From an uncultured Gemmatimonadales bacterium (GTDB lineage Bacteria > Gemmatimonadota > Gemmatimonadetes > Gemmatimonadales > GWC2-71-9), in the NCBI GenBank assembly GCA_963821525.1, contig CAWGED010000019.1, positions 960,001-1,024,000 of the forward strand: a DNA stretch of 64,000 nucleotides, written 5' to 3'. The translations under genes and the position numbers were made by a program. Below the pieces are notes generated by a model. It did not search any database. It was not told the DNA's origin and saw only the letters and a list, made by a program, of their open reading frames with translations. This document shows, in pieces, positions 54,194-64,000 of this stretch (within the stretch, counting starts at the first letter, position 1; each line of letters opens with the position of its first letter).

Positions 54194-54544
54194 ATGGCCG
54201 GCCGCCGCCCGAGTTCGCTGGGATCTTTGCTCGCCGCTGTTCTGATACTTGGAACGGCGGTAGTCCCGTCATCCATGGCGGTTGTGGCGGCCATCGGGAG
54301 GGTTCCATCCGGCCATCATCATGGGGAAAGTCACTCTCCCGGCAAGAGCCCTCCCGCGAGTTGCTGTGATCTATGCTGGACCGCGTGCGGCACCGCCCCT
54401 GGAGCCTCGCCCCAAGCTGCGCTGCCCAGGGTGCTGCTCACCGGCACGCTGCGCTCCCCGATTCCCGCCGTAGGCCTTCTCGCAGCGCTGACGGTCGCTC
54501 ACCGTCTCCCCTTCGCACAAGGTCCTCCGCGCTTCCTGTCGTGA
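54194..54544 (+). CDS. DUF2946-like leader protein (TM, His cluster, CCxxC, C-terminal QGPP)
   Basis: Hydrophobic N-terminus, GHHHGESH, CCDLCWTAC, Pro/Ala linker, PFAQGPPRFLS*; directly precedes a TonB-dependent receptor. Confidence 0.78.
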   Translation: MAGRRPSSLGSLLAAVLILGTAVVPSSMAVVAAIGRVPSGHHHGESHSPGKSPPASCCDLCWTACGTAPGASPQAALPRVLLTGTLRSPIPAVGLLAALTVAHRLPFAQGPPRFLS

Positions 54545-54588
54545 TCTGAGATCGCCAAAACGTCTCGTTCCTCACAACAGGAGCTCGC

Positions 54589-56597
54589 ATGTACGTCCGT
54601 ATGGCGGTCCTGGCGCTCGCGCTGGGGCCGGCGGTGTTGGGCGCACAACAGCCCGCCGATAGCGCCAAAACCGATACCACTCGGGCCAAGGCCGACACGA
54701 CTCACCCCAGGGAGTTGCAGGAAATCACGGTGACGGCGGCGCCGGTAAAGCGCGACCGCCCGTTGGGGAGCGTGACTATTACCCCGGCGATCATTCAGCA
54801 AACCCCTTCGATCAATACCGTGGACCTCCTCCGGCAGACCGCGGGAGTCGAGGCGCATGATCAGGGACAGGGCCCTGGATTCGCGTCGGACCTGGCCATC
54901 CGGGGCTTCAGCTCCGACCACTCGACCGACATGGCGCTCTGGATCGACGGCGTCCCGATCAACGAGCCGGTTAACGGGCACGCCGAGGGATACAACGACT
55001 GGAGCCTGTTGATGCCCCAGTCGGTGCGGCAGATGGACGTTTACAAGGGCCCGACCAGTGCGCTGTACGGGAACTTCGCGCTGGCCGGGACCGTCAACGT
55101 TCGGACCCTTGAGCGTATGCAGGGGAGCGACTTGTCCATTCAGGGTGGCTCCTACGGCCACGTCGAGGCGTCCGCCTTGACCGGTGTGGACCACGACCGT
55201 ACCGGGGCGGTCTTTGGTATTCGCGGGGTGACCGAGACCGGCTGGCGGCCCCACAGCGAATACAATCTGGGCCAAGGTCACGCCCGGGTCGTACACGACC
55301 TCTCGAGCAGCACCAGCCTCGACGCCGGGATCGAGCTGTATGCCGCCGGGTGGAATTCGCCGGGATTCATCACCGCCTGCAGGAGTATCAGGCGGGAGAC
55401 TTCGACGAAATCGCCAATCCGACCGACGGCGGGTTCAAGCACCACGGCCAGGAGCGCGTGAGCCTCAGGGTGCTGAGCGGCTCCTCCATGATCTGGCGGA
55501 GCACCCTCTATGCCACTCAGGGCCGCTGGCAGCTGTTCCTCACCACGCCACCGGAGGGAGGCAGCACTGAAGGGAGCGGCAGTCAGGTAGAGGAGGAAGA
55601 CCACCGCTACGGCTTCGGTGCCAACTCAGCGCTTACCTGGACCCTCCAGAAAGGAGAGGTCACGGTGGGTGTTGAGGGTCGCTGGGACCACTCTCACTAC
55701 GAGAACTACTTCACGAGCTCCCGTTCTCGAGACTCGAGCCAGGTGCTGGTGACGGCCCGCCAGGCTTCCGGAGCGGTATTCCTTGAGTCCACCTATGAGG
55801 CGGTCCAGCGACTGTCCCTCACGATCGGCGGGCGCTACGAGGCACAAGGCACCGAGTCCACTCCCGACGGGGGGAGCACCGCGAGTGACACGAAGGGCGT
55901 GTTCGTCCCCAAGTTCGGCGCGCTCTACCGCCTTCCTGGCTTCGGTGGGCTGTATGCGAACGTGTCCCGCGGCTATCGCCGGAGCGACGGAGTCATCGAG
56001 GACCCACGGTACCGTTCATCACCGCGTGGGCCTACGAAGGCGGAGTGAAAATGGACCTCCAGCGGGTCACTGCGAGCGCCGCGCTGTTCCAGGTGGACGT
56101 CAGCAACGAGCAGACCTTCGACCCGATCACGCTGTCCTCGACCAGCGGAGGCGCAGAGCCGGAGGAAGGGGATCGAGCTGGGACTTCAGGCCCAGGTGAC
56201 CCCGGGGTTGAGCGTCTCAGGAGACTTCACGGCGGTGGACGCCAAGTACAAGAGCCTGATCACGGAGGAAGGGGACACCCTTTCGGGAACCCGCATTTTC
56301 AACACGGCGAGGTTCGTTGGATCGTTTGCCGTCGCCGTTGCGCCACCCAGTTCGTTCTGGAATTTCAGGGTCAGCTCCAACCTGGTGGGACCCTACACGC
56401 CGTTCGATGAGCCCGGAGTGGAGTTGACCACTTACGCCCTGCTGCACTTCAGTGGCGGAGTGCGGTTCGGACACACGCTCCTGAGCATCGGCGTCAGAAA
56501 TGTCCTGAACGATGCCTATCCGGAGCTCCGCGCCGGAGGATTCATCTCGCCGGGCCAGCCCCGCTCAGTCTACGGGACAGCCCGGTATGTCTTTTAG
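54589..56597 (+). CDS. TonB-dependent receptor; frameshifts near 55378, 56005 and 56155
   Basis: Signal peptide, LQEITVTA TonB box, plug IRGFSSDHSTDMALWIDGVPINEP, KGPTSALYGNFALAGTVN, C-terminal GQPRSVYGTARYVF. Confidence 0.9.
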
Positions 56598-57736
56598 GAA
56601 GACAGTCGCCGTGCCGCCTCGCTCAGCACAGGTTCGGTTTTGCAAAAGGCGAACCGCACCAAGTGCCGTCCCAGTTCGGGACGGCTGAAGAAACTGGAAC
56701 CCGGCACACTGGCGACGCCCTTTTCGACGACCAATTGGCGTGCGAATTCAGTGTCCGAGAGGTCGGAGAGGGCCGAGAAATCGCACAGGATGTAGTACGC
56801 ACCCTCGGGACGTACGGATTTGAAGCCCGCCCTGTTCAAACCGTTCCACAGCAGCTCTCTCCTCCGGCGATAGTCGGCGGCGAGTCCATGGTAGTACTCC
56901 GGTCCAAGCGTCTCCATCGCGACAGCCAGCGCCTCCTGTAAAGGGGCTGGAGCACCGACCGTGAGAAAATCGTGAACCTTGCGGATGGCATCCGTCACGC
57001 CGGCCGGGGCCATGATGGTCCCGATCCGCCAGCCGGTAATGCTGAAGGTCTTGGAGGCACCGCTGATAGTCACGGTACGCTCCCTCATTCCGGGCAGGGT
57101 AGCGAGCGGGATGTGTTTGCCTTCGTAGAGGATGTGCTCATAGATCTCGTCGGTCACCGCCCAGGCTTTGAAGCGTTCGCAGAGACGGGCAATGCCCTCG
57201 AGTTCGCTGCTCGTGAGCACCCGTCCCGTGGGATTGGCCGGGGTGTTGACCACGATGGCACGCGTTCGATCGGTAAACGCAGCGGCCAGCCGTTCGAGGT
57301 CGAGCGCCTGCCCCGGGGCCTGGCTGACGAAGACTGGTCGCGCATCGCAGAGAATCGCATCCGGCCCGTAGTTCTCGTAGAAAGGCTCGAAGACGATGAC
57401 CTCGTCACCAGGGTCTACGATGGCCATGAGGGTCGCGGCCATGGCCTCGGTGGCTCCACAGGTGACCGTGATCTCTGCTTCGGGATCCACGGAGAGCCCA
57501 TACCAGTCGCTGTACTTCTTGGCGAGCGCTTCCCGGAGACGCCGTGCACCCCAGGTAATGGCGTACTGGTTCACGTTGTCCCGGATGGCGCGAGCGGCGG
57601 CTTCCTTCAAGAGCTCGGGCGCCGGAAAGTCAGGGAACCCCTGAGCCAGATTGATGGCTCCGTGCTGGTTGGCGAGACGGGTCATGCCGCGAATCACCGA
57701 CTCGCGGAAGCCGATCGTTCGGCGGGCTATATGCAT
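56594..57736 (-). CDS. Class I/II PLP-dependent aminotransferase (YbdL-like)
   Basis: AINLAQGFPDF, NTPANPTG, TDEIYEH, SGASKTFSITGWRIG, VRFAFCK. Confidence 0.92.
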   Translation of the reverse strand: MHIARRTIGFRESVIRGMTRLANQHGAINLAQGFPDFPAPELLKEAAARAIRDNVNQYAITWGARRLREALAKKYSDWYGLSVDPEAEITVTCGATEAMAATLMAIVDPGDEVIVFEPFYENYGPDAILCDARPVFVSQAPGQALDLERLAAAFTDRTRAIVVNTPANPTGRVLTSSELEGIARLCERFKAWAVTDEIYEHILYEGKHIPLATLPGMRERTVTISGASKTFSITGWRIGTIMAPAGVTDAIRKVHDFLTVGAPAPLQEALAVAMETLGPEYYHGLAADYRRRRELLWNGLNRAGFKSVRPEGAYYILCDFSALSDLSDTEFARQLVVEKGVASVPGSSFFSRPELGRHLVRFAFCKTEPVLSEAARRLSS

Positions 57737-57771
57737 GGGTGATAGTTTAGGCGATCCCCTTCGGAGGTACC

Positions 57772-58179
57772 ATGCCACCGGCCGAGCCCAGGCCCGCCCG
57801 CACCGCCCGGATTCTCTACCTCGGCCTGCTGGCGGGACCCCTGTTGTTTGCCGGCGTGGCCCTGGCGTTGCTTCCCCCTCAGACCCCGCTGGATCAACCG
57901 ATCCTGCTTTACACGCCGTTTGCGCTTGCCGCGGTGCTGTTCGCCGGTGGACTGATCATCCGGACTCGAATTCCCCAGCGCACGACCGCCCAGTCCGAGG
58001 AGGAATGGTGGCGGGTCAACCTCCCGCGCGCTCTCATGGTGTGGAGTCTCTTCGAGGGCCCCGCCCTGTTTGGCGGCGCGATGTATCTCACCCTGGGCAC
58101 AGTAGTACCGCTGCTGGTGACGGGAGTCGGACTGGTGATGCTTCTGCTCAATTCCCCCAATCGACTGATCGAGGGTTGA
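57772..58179 (+). CDS. Hypothetical membrane protein (about 4 TM)
   Basis: GGAGG SD, four hydrophobic segments, WSLFEGPALFG. Confidence 0.7.
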   Translation: MPPAEPRPARTARILYLGLLAGPLLFAGVALALLPPQTPLDQPILLYTPFALAAVLFAGGLIIRTRIPQRTTAQSEEEWWRVNLPRALMVWSLFEGPALFGGAMYLTLGTVVPLLVTGVGLVMLLLNSPNRLIEG

Positions 58180-58379
58180 TGCGCATCGTTTCATTGTTGC
58201 CGGCGGGGACAGAGATCGTCGCGGCACTCGGATGCGAGACTCTGCTGGTCGGCATCGGCCACGAAGTTCGTCCTACGCGGCGACCCGATGACCTCGCCTC
58301 GCCAAGTCGTCGAGATCTGCACAGTCTGGCCCGGGCTCACCGGCTAGGCGGGTCCATGCAGTGCGCCTCCGCGCCTTAG
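58179..58379 (+). pseudogene. N-terminal fragment of a BtuF-like (cobalamin/iron) substrate-binding protein
   Basis: MRIVSLLPAGTEIVAALG...LVGIGHE, after which similarity is lost and a stop follows at 66 codons. Confidence 0.6.
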
Positions 58380-60157
58380 GGGTGAGCTGTCCCGATGGTG
58401 AATGATCGTCAACCCACATGGTCTGGGTGACCGGAGATCCCACCCCGATGTACGGCGCGATCAGGAACTGATTGAACTTCATCGTCGAGTGGATCCCGGT
58501 CCGGAACAACACGTTCTGGTGGTCGATCAGCAGTTGCCCATCGAACCAGTACTGGGCGATCCCGTTCAATTGCCCCTTCCCGCCCTGAATCGTATTCAGC
58601 TGGAAATAGGCCTCGACGTGATGCCAGTCGTTCTTGTATCCCGGACCCGGCGCAGGCTGTGAACGCGGGCTGGCTGCCTTCCATTGCTTGCCGTTCCGCC
58701 ATTCGGTGCCGGATTGGTAGCAGTCCGTCGCATAGCCGTCGGTGTCGCCGTTGCACCCGCCGCGGCGCGATTCTCGGTGATCAGTGACAGGTCCTGATTC
58801 AGTCTCGCGGCGTCGATATTGAGCGCGTCCTGCATCGCCAGGATCGGGACCCCGCCGTTCTGGTAGTTATGCTCGACATAGGTCGTCAGATGGGTGGCCG
58901 AAGGTCCGATGTACTGGCCATCCTCGTCGGTGATGAACTGGAACTCATGGGGATGATAGCTCACCCCGGATCCCACCCAGTTGGAGCTGTACTTCACCCA
59001 GTAGCTCAGGTACACGGTCTCGGTGGGGGTGAAGCGGACCGCATCGAGCCGCCGAAAGTCGGCGTTGACGACCCCTGGTTGAACGTCGCCTCGAGAGACT
59101 TGGTGCCGCCCGGCCGGTGCTCCGCCGTCGGTGATCGTGAGGTTGGTGTTGTCATACCAGCCACGCGCCGCAAAGCCGGTGTCCTCGAAGCCCTCCTGCA
59201 CGAGCGTAGTCGGCGGAGGAGGTGGCGGCGGAGGCGGAGGTGGCGGCGCTGAAGTCGTGTCCCGCATCACGACGGCGGCCGAATCGCCGATCGTGCTGCC
59301 TGAGAGCAATAGCGCGCACCACGAAATTGCCGCCAGTCGGTCCCGCGATATAGGTGCCGGTGGTCGACACGGTGCCGCCGGTTGAACTCCAGACCACCGT
59401 TACCGGGCGGGAGACCGAGTCGGACCACTGTCCCTGCGCCACAAAGTCCGGCTCGCACCGGGATCGAGGGTCACGCTAGCTGGAGTGACATCAAGAGAGA
59501 CCACTGCGGGGACGGAGGGGAGGTTGAGTCCCGTATCTCCACTGTGGCTGAATCACCAATCGAAGTGCCGACGCAAAGGCCCGCACTACGAAATTGCCGA
59601 CGGTCGGGCCTGCAGTGTAGGAACCGCTGTTCGAGACGGTGCCGCCCGTCGAGCTCCACAGGACGGTCACCGGACGCGCGACCGAATCCGACCATTGTCC
59701 CACGGCTGCGAAGGTCTTCTTCTCGCCCGGACTGAGCGTCACGGTCGCGGGGGTGACATCGAGCGAGTTCAGGTGTGGTGTCGGAGGCGGAGGTGGAGGC
59801 GCACCGCTGGAGTCGACCGTCACCACGGCCGAGTCGCCGTAGCCACCGCCCTGAAAGACCGCGCGCACCACGTAGGTCCCCGGCGTCGGCCGAGGCCGTG
59901 TAGGTGCCGTTGGCGGCCATGGAGCCGCCGGATACTGTCCAGGTAACCGGCACCGTCCCATGACTGCCGTCGCTCCAGAAGCCCTGTGCAGCGAAGACCT
60001 GACTGGTGTTCGGCGCCATGGTCACGCTGGTCGGTGTGACTTCGATCGACGTGAGCTCGGCAGGATCGAGACCGCCGGACTTGGCAGGAACAGAACAGGC
60101 AAGAAGCGAGAGCGAGGCCGCGCGGGTGAGGAGCCCGACGTGACGGGTCAACGTCAT
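58376..60157 (-). CDS. Secreted lipoprotein with three Ig-like repeats, poly-Pro linkers and a C-terminal beta-sandwich (lyase/ConA-like) domain; multiple frameshifts
   Basis: LSLLA-C signal; repeats (L.S..VTP..VT......F.A.G.WSD...PV.V.WS..GG....G.Y.A) spread over ORFs 59471..60301, 59491..59961 and 59152..59442; C-terminal EGFED...VYLSYWVKY...YWFDGQL...TMWVDD. Confidence 0.7.
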
Positions 60158-60498
60158 GGACCTATCCAGAGTAAGCGTAGGCAGCCCAGCCGTTTTCCCG
60201 TCCACCACCACCGCCCCTGGGAGCGACGTAATGATGCTAGGCGCTGCTGCAGATGTCAATGTTAAATACAGTACACCGAGTCTAATAATTCTGTTGAGCA
60301 TTGGTCAAACTGCTGATTTGATTGTGATTACAAGCACATAGAGATTTTCAGGCAAGTAGCTACTGACTGGTTTTATGACGGTATGGCATTCCCGGAAATG
60401 AGGCTGATTCCCGCGCTGGGCCTCGACCCGCCTAGACAAAGCCTCAAGCGCCACCAGATTAGCCGCCCTGTCTTTCGCCGAGAGAGGTAGAACCTCGA

Positions 60499-61566
60499 AT
60501 GGATCAGCACCAGCTCACGTTCCTCAGGACCCTGCTCGATTCGCCAGGGCCGTCATCCTTCGAAACCCTGCCCTCCCGAGTCTGGCGCGACGAAGCCGAA
60601 CGCTTTGCCGATCGCGTGAGCGCGGACGTCAGCGGCAATTCCTTCGCGGTGATCAACCCGGAGGGCTCCCCCCGAATCATGCTCGCCGGCCACATCGATG
60701 AGATTGGGGTAATGGTCACCTACATCGATGAAGATGGATACCTGAGTTTCGAGGGAATCGGCGGGTGGGACCATCAGGTCTTCGTGGGACAGCGGGTCTT
60801 CCTGCTCGGTCGCGACGGCCCGGTACCGGGCGTCATCGGGAAACGCGCCATTCACCTCATGCAGAAGGACGACCGGGACAAGGTCTCCAAACCCGAGGAC
60901 CTGTGGATCGACATCGGGGCTTCGAGCCGCGCCGAGGCGCAGAGCCGCGTGCGGGTCGGCGATGCCGGCGTCCTCGCCTCGAGTGTAATGGAGTTTCCCA
61001 ACGGCCGGATCGTCAGCCGGTCGCTCGACAATCGAGTGGGTGCTTTCGTCGTGCTCGAGGCGCTGCGACTCCTCTCGGCGAAGCGTCCGACGGCATCAGT
61101 TACGGCCGTCGCTACCACTCGAGAAGAAATCGCGTATACCGGAGGCGGCGCCCGAACCTCCGCAACAGGACTACTGGCCGACGTCGCTCTCGTGGTCGAC
61201 GTGACTCACGCAACCGATTATCCGGGATTGGAGAAACGGAAACACGGCGACTATCGACTCGGGGGAGGAGCGGTCTTCACCCGCGGGGCCTCGATGAATC
61301 CGGTTCTCTTGGAGCTGCTCATAGCCGAAGCGGAAGCCGAAGGGATTCCCTACACGCTTGAGGCGGCGCCTCGGGAAACCAGGACCGACGCCGACTCGAT
61401 CTTCACGGCCCACCGGGGTGTGGCAACCGCGCTGGTGTCGGTCCCCCTTCGTTACATGCACAGCCCGAACGAGATGGTCTCTCTGGAGGATCTGGAGCGC
61501 GCGGCGCGGGTGCTGGCGGGTGTAGCTCGGAGAATCGGACCGTCTACCGACCTGATCCCCCGCTGA
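60499..61566 (+). CDS. M42-family metallopeptidase
   Basis: AGHIDEIG, IGGWD, LWIDIGA, SLDNRVG, TREEI, VDVTHA, PLRYMHSPNE. Confidence 0.93.
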   Translation: MDQHQLTFLRTLLDSPGPSSFETLPSRVWRDEAERFADRVSADVSGNSFAVINPEGSPRIMLAGHIDEIGVMVTYIDEDGYLSFEGIGGWDHQVFVGQRVFLLGRDGPVPGVIGKRAIHLMQKDDRDKVSKPEDLWIDIGASSRAEAQSRVRVGDAGVLASSVMEFPNGRIVSRSLDNRVGAFVVLEALRLLSAKRPTASVTAVATTREEIAYTGGGARTSATGLLADVALVVDVTHATDYPGLEKRKHGDYRLGGGAVFTRGASMNPVLLELLIAEAEAEGIPYTLEAAPRETRTDADSIFTAHRGVATALVSVPLRYMHSPNEMVSLEDLERAARVLAGVARRIGPSTDLIPR

Positions 61567-61571
61567 GGGAA

Positions 61572-63080
61572 CTAGGCCCACATCGTTGAGAGGGCCTTTT
61601 CTGCGGCGGCGCGGACCTCGGGGTCCTGGTCCTGGACAAATTTCTTTATCGCATTGGCCGCCGAAGGGCCGGCGAGGTGCAGTCCCTCGATCGCGGCCAG
61701 CCGCGACGCGGCAGGCTTCCGCTTGAAGAGCCGGCGGCTTGGCTCTGCGGCGTTCTGCAGCGCGGTGATCGCGTCTTTGGACCCAATCCGGCCGAGGGCA
61801 AGGTACATCTCCCGTTGAATGTCAGGCTTCGATTCGTCCTCGGCTGCGATCGCGAGGCTCATCGCGAGCCCCTGAGTCTTCCTGCCATCCAAGTTGGCGA
61901 CCGCCTGCAGCCGCACCCCCGGCGATGAGTCCTTCAAGGCATGCCGGAGTGCCTCGGCCGCGGCGTTCCCGCCGATCTTCGCGAGCGCTCCCGCGACTGC
62001 CCGCCGGACCCGTTCATCGGCATGGTCGACCTGTTTGGCCAGCTGGGGAACTGCATTCTCGATTCTCAGCTCCCCGGCCAGATCCGCCACATTGCGCACG
62101 ACGAACCAGTCGTCGTGGCTCAGCATGTGAACCAGCAGGTTGGTGCCCTCGGTCATCTCCTTGAGGGCATTGAAATAGGCCCGCCGGTCGGTGGCATCCT
62201 CGGCGGTTGCCATCTCGTGGAGGAGAACCTCGGTTGCGTCGGCCCCCATCCGGCGCATGACCACGACCGCTTCGGCGCGATGCGGAGCGCTGGCCACGAG
62301 CCTCGCCAGACGCTCCAACGCGGAGCGCGGAAGCATGCGCCGGAGTGCGATACCGTAGCCCCGGTGTTCCGCCGCTTCCCCTCCCTTGGTCTCCAGCTCG
62401 ATCAGAGAATGGGCCGCGCGCAGAAGGGTTGGCCAATCCTTTTGACGCGCCGCCAGCTCCGCCGAGGCCACCAGCTCGTTGAGGAGATCGGCGGTGCCTC
62501 GTGAGGAGGTCTCAGCCTCAAGCCGGGTTACCGTGTCCTGAAGCGGGTTCACGGTATGAAGCTCCAGCATGGCGAAGTGCATCAGACCGACCTGCGACTC
62601 GTTCAGTGCATCGGGCCCCAGCTCCTCGAGCCCGCCCTCGTCGTTCTTTGTGTTGGGATCGGGTCGCGGCTGCTTCGCGAGCTCCGGATCGATTGGAGAG
62701 ACTTGAACCGCTCCGGAGCCGGCTGCGTCGAGTCTCGCCATCAGGTGATCGAAGGAACCGTAAGTGCCAGGAGGGACCGATACGGCGCGGACCAGCGACA
62801 GCAGCGCCGGCATCATCAAGCCGGCTGGCAGGCGAAATCCTCCGACTCCTATCGCGGCGAGTTGCCCGTGGAGGGCATCGATGGCCACCGATCCGAATGG
62901 GACTTCATCCGCCCCAACCAGGAAGCCGCGCTCGGTAAGGGTGACACTCAGATCTCTCCCACCCAAGCCCTGAGCAAAGGCCCGGAATGCCGCCCGCTGC
63001 TCTTCCTGGGCATCCGTTTTGTCACGGAGCAGGAAGACGACGTTGGCGAGGGCCGAAAGCGTCGCTGCGGAATCGGTCAT
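61572..63080 (-). CDS. HEAT-repeat protein
   Basis: C-terminal repeats DWFVVRNVADLAG, DERVRRAVAGALA, DPEVRAAAEKAL. Confidence 0.82.
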   Translation of the reverse strand: MTDSAATLSALANVVFLLRDKTDAQEEQRAAFRAFAQGLGGRDLSVTLTERGFLVGADEVPFGSVAIDALHGQLAAIGVGGFRLPAGLMMPALLSLVRAVSVPPGTYGSFDHLMARLDAAGSGAVQVSPIDPELAKQPRPDPNTKNDEGGLEELGPDALNESQVGLMHFAMLELHTVNPLQDTVTRLEAETSSRGTADLLNELVASAELAARQKDWPTLLRAAHSLIELETKGGEAAEHRGYGIALRRMLPRSALERLARLVASAPHRAEAVVVMRRMGADATEVLLHEMATAEDATDRRAYFNALKEMTEGTNLLVHMLSHDDWFVVRNVADLAGELRIENAVPQLAKQVDHADERVRRAVAGALAKIGGNAAAEALRHALKDSSPGVRLQAVANLDGRKTQGLAMSLAIAAEDESKPDIQREMYLALGRIGSKDAITALQNAAEPSRRLFKRKPAASRLAAIEGLHLAGPSAANAIKKFVQDQDPEVRAAAEKALSTMWA

Positions 63081-63207
63081 TGAGGGTGTGGGCAACGTTC
63101 GAAGATACTCCCTAGCCCTTGGTGCAGCAATGCTTTACGCCAACGCTGCACAGTGAATCACTGCTCCACTTCTAGCCTGACGTGGAACACTTTACCTTTT
63201 CCCGCCT

Positions 63208-64000
63208 ATGCCCATCGCCGTAAAACTGACTCCGCGGACGAAGCTGTTGGCCGCGGCGAGCCTGATGTTGGTGGTCCTGACTGGTTCGCTTTCCGCCCAG
63301 TCTACCGCCGAAGCCATCTCACTGCTCAATGACGTTCGGTACCTGAGCGACGACAAGCTTGAGGGCCGGATGATCGGTTCGCCCGGCGCCGATAGCGCGG
63401 CGGCCTATCTCGCCCGCCGGTTCAGGAAAGTTGGACTGATCCCCTCGCCCGGTGGCTGGTTCCAGACCTTCACGGTCTCCCGGGACGCACCTGCCGCGGC
63501 TCACGCCGGAATCGGCGGGGTCATCGGGAAGAACGTGATCGGAGTACTGCCGGGACGGGATCCCAAGCTGCGTGACGAGATCATCCTGGTTGGTGCCCAC
63601 TACGATCACCTCGGCCGCGGCGGCTTCGGGAGCCTTGACCCGGACAGCACCGGAAAGGTGCACAACGGGGCCGACGACAATGCCTCGGGCGCCGCTTCAC
63701 TCATCCACATCGCCCACAGGCTGGCTGTCCAGCCTCCGGCGCGCACCGTCGTGTTCGTGGCGTTCAGCGGAGAGGAAGAGGGTTTGCTCGGATCGGCGTA
63801 TTACGTGCGCAATCCCGCCTTCCCCCTCGCCAGCGTCTACGCGATGATCAACCTCGACATGGTTGGCCGCCTCCGCGACGATCATCTCATCATCTACGGC
63901 TCGGCCACCGCGTCCGAGTTCCAGGGCTTGATCGATTCCCTGAACACCCAATCAGGCTTTGTCATAACGTCCCGCGGTGACGGCTACGGCCCCAGCGATC
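63208..64000 (+). CDS. Exported M28-family peptidase; 3' end runs off the window
   Basis: Manual translation: signal peptide, YLSDDKLEGR, GAHYDHLG, NGADDNASG, FSGEEEGLLGS, MINLDMVG. Confidence 0.92.
   Translation, partial: MPIAVKLTPRTKLLAAASLMLVVLTGSLSAQSTAEAISLLNDVRYLSDDKLEGRMIGSPGADSAAAYLARRFRKVGLIPSPGGWFQTFTVSRDAPAAAHAGIGGVIGKNVIGVLPGRDPKLRDEIILVGAHYDHLGRGGFGSLDPDSTGKVHNGADDNASGAASLIHIAHRLAVQPPARTVVFVAFSGEEEGLLGSAYYVRNPAFPLASVYAMINLDMVGRLRDDHLIIYGSATASEFQGLIDSLNTQSGFVITSRGDGYGPSD

Overview
GC-rich bacterial chromosomal segment. Gene content and style suggest a Gemmatimonadota-like organism (inference, not verified). At least 12 otherwise intact genes carry single-base frameshifts, most likely long-read consensus errors. 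In order, the window holds: a NarL-type two-component pair; yceI; cysK; P5C dehydrogenase; an HTH-TOBE regulator with modABC; a saccharopine/carboxy(nor)spermidine dehydrogenase-like gene behind a long structured leader; PAP2, cutA and mgtE; a complete chemosensory operon containing a HEAT-repeat gene (cheY-cheY-cheA-cheW-MCP-HEAT-cheR-cheB); a lipoprotein with a JAB/MPN-like motif; Yip1, a Cys-rich peptide and YfcC; a GNAT; an acyl-ACP desaturase; yggT-yggU; a SAM-II riboswitch before metH and yitJ; kdpFABCDE with an extra upstream micro-ORF; an acyl-CoA dehydrogenase; dacB; an extended chromate-resistance-like locus; an ECF sigma/anti-sigma pair; a DUF2946-like leader ORF before a TonB-dependent receptor; an aminotransferase; a btuF-like fragment; an Ig-repeat secreted protein; an M42 peptidase; a HEAT protein; and an M28 peptidase. 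I saw no rRNA, tRNA, CRISPR array or transposase. The most notable signals are: (1) a leaderless, metal-ligand-rich QGPP arrest-type uORF whose last codons pair with the ribosome-binding site of the TonB receptor; (2) an unassigned multi-hairpin leader with switchable pairing; (3) a SAM-II aptamer followed by an intrinsic terminator; (4) a chr locus that includes an ornithine-cyclodeaminase-family gene and an outer-membrane protein; (5) three heptamer-repeat hairpins.
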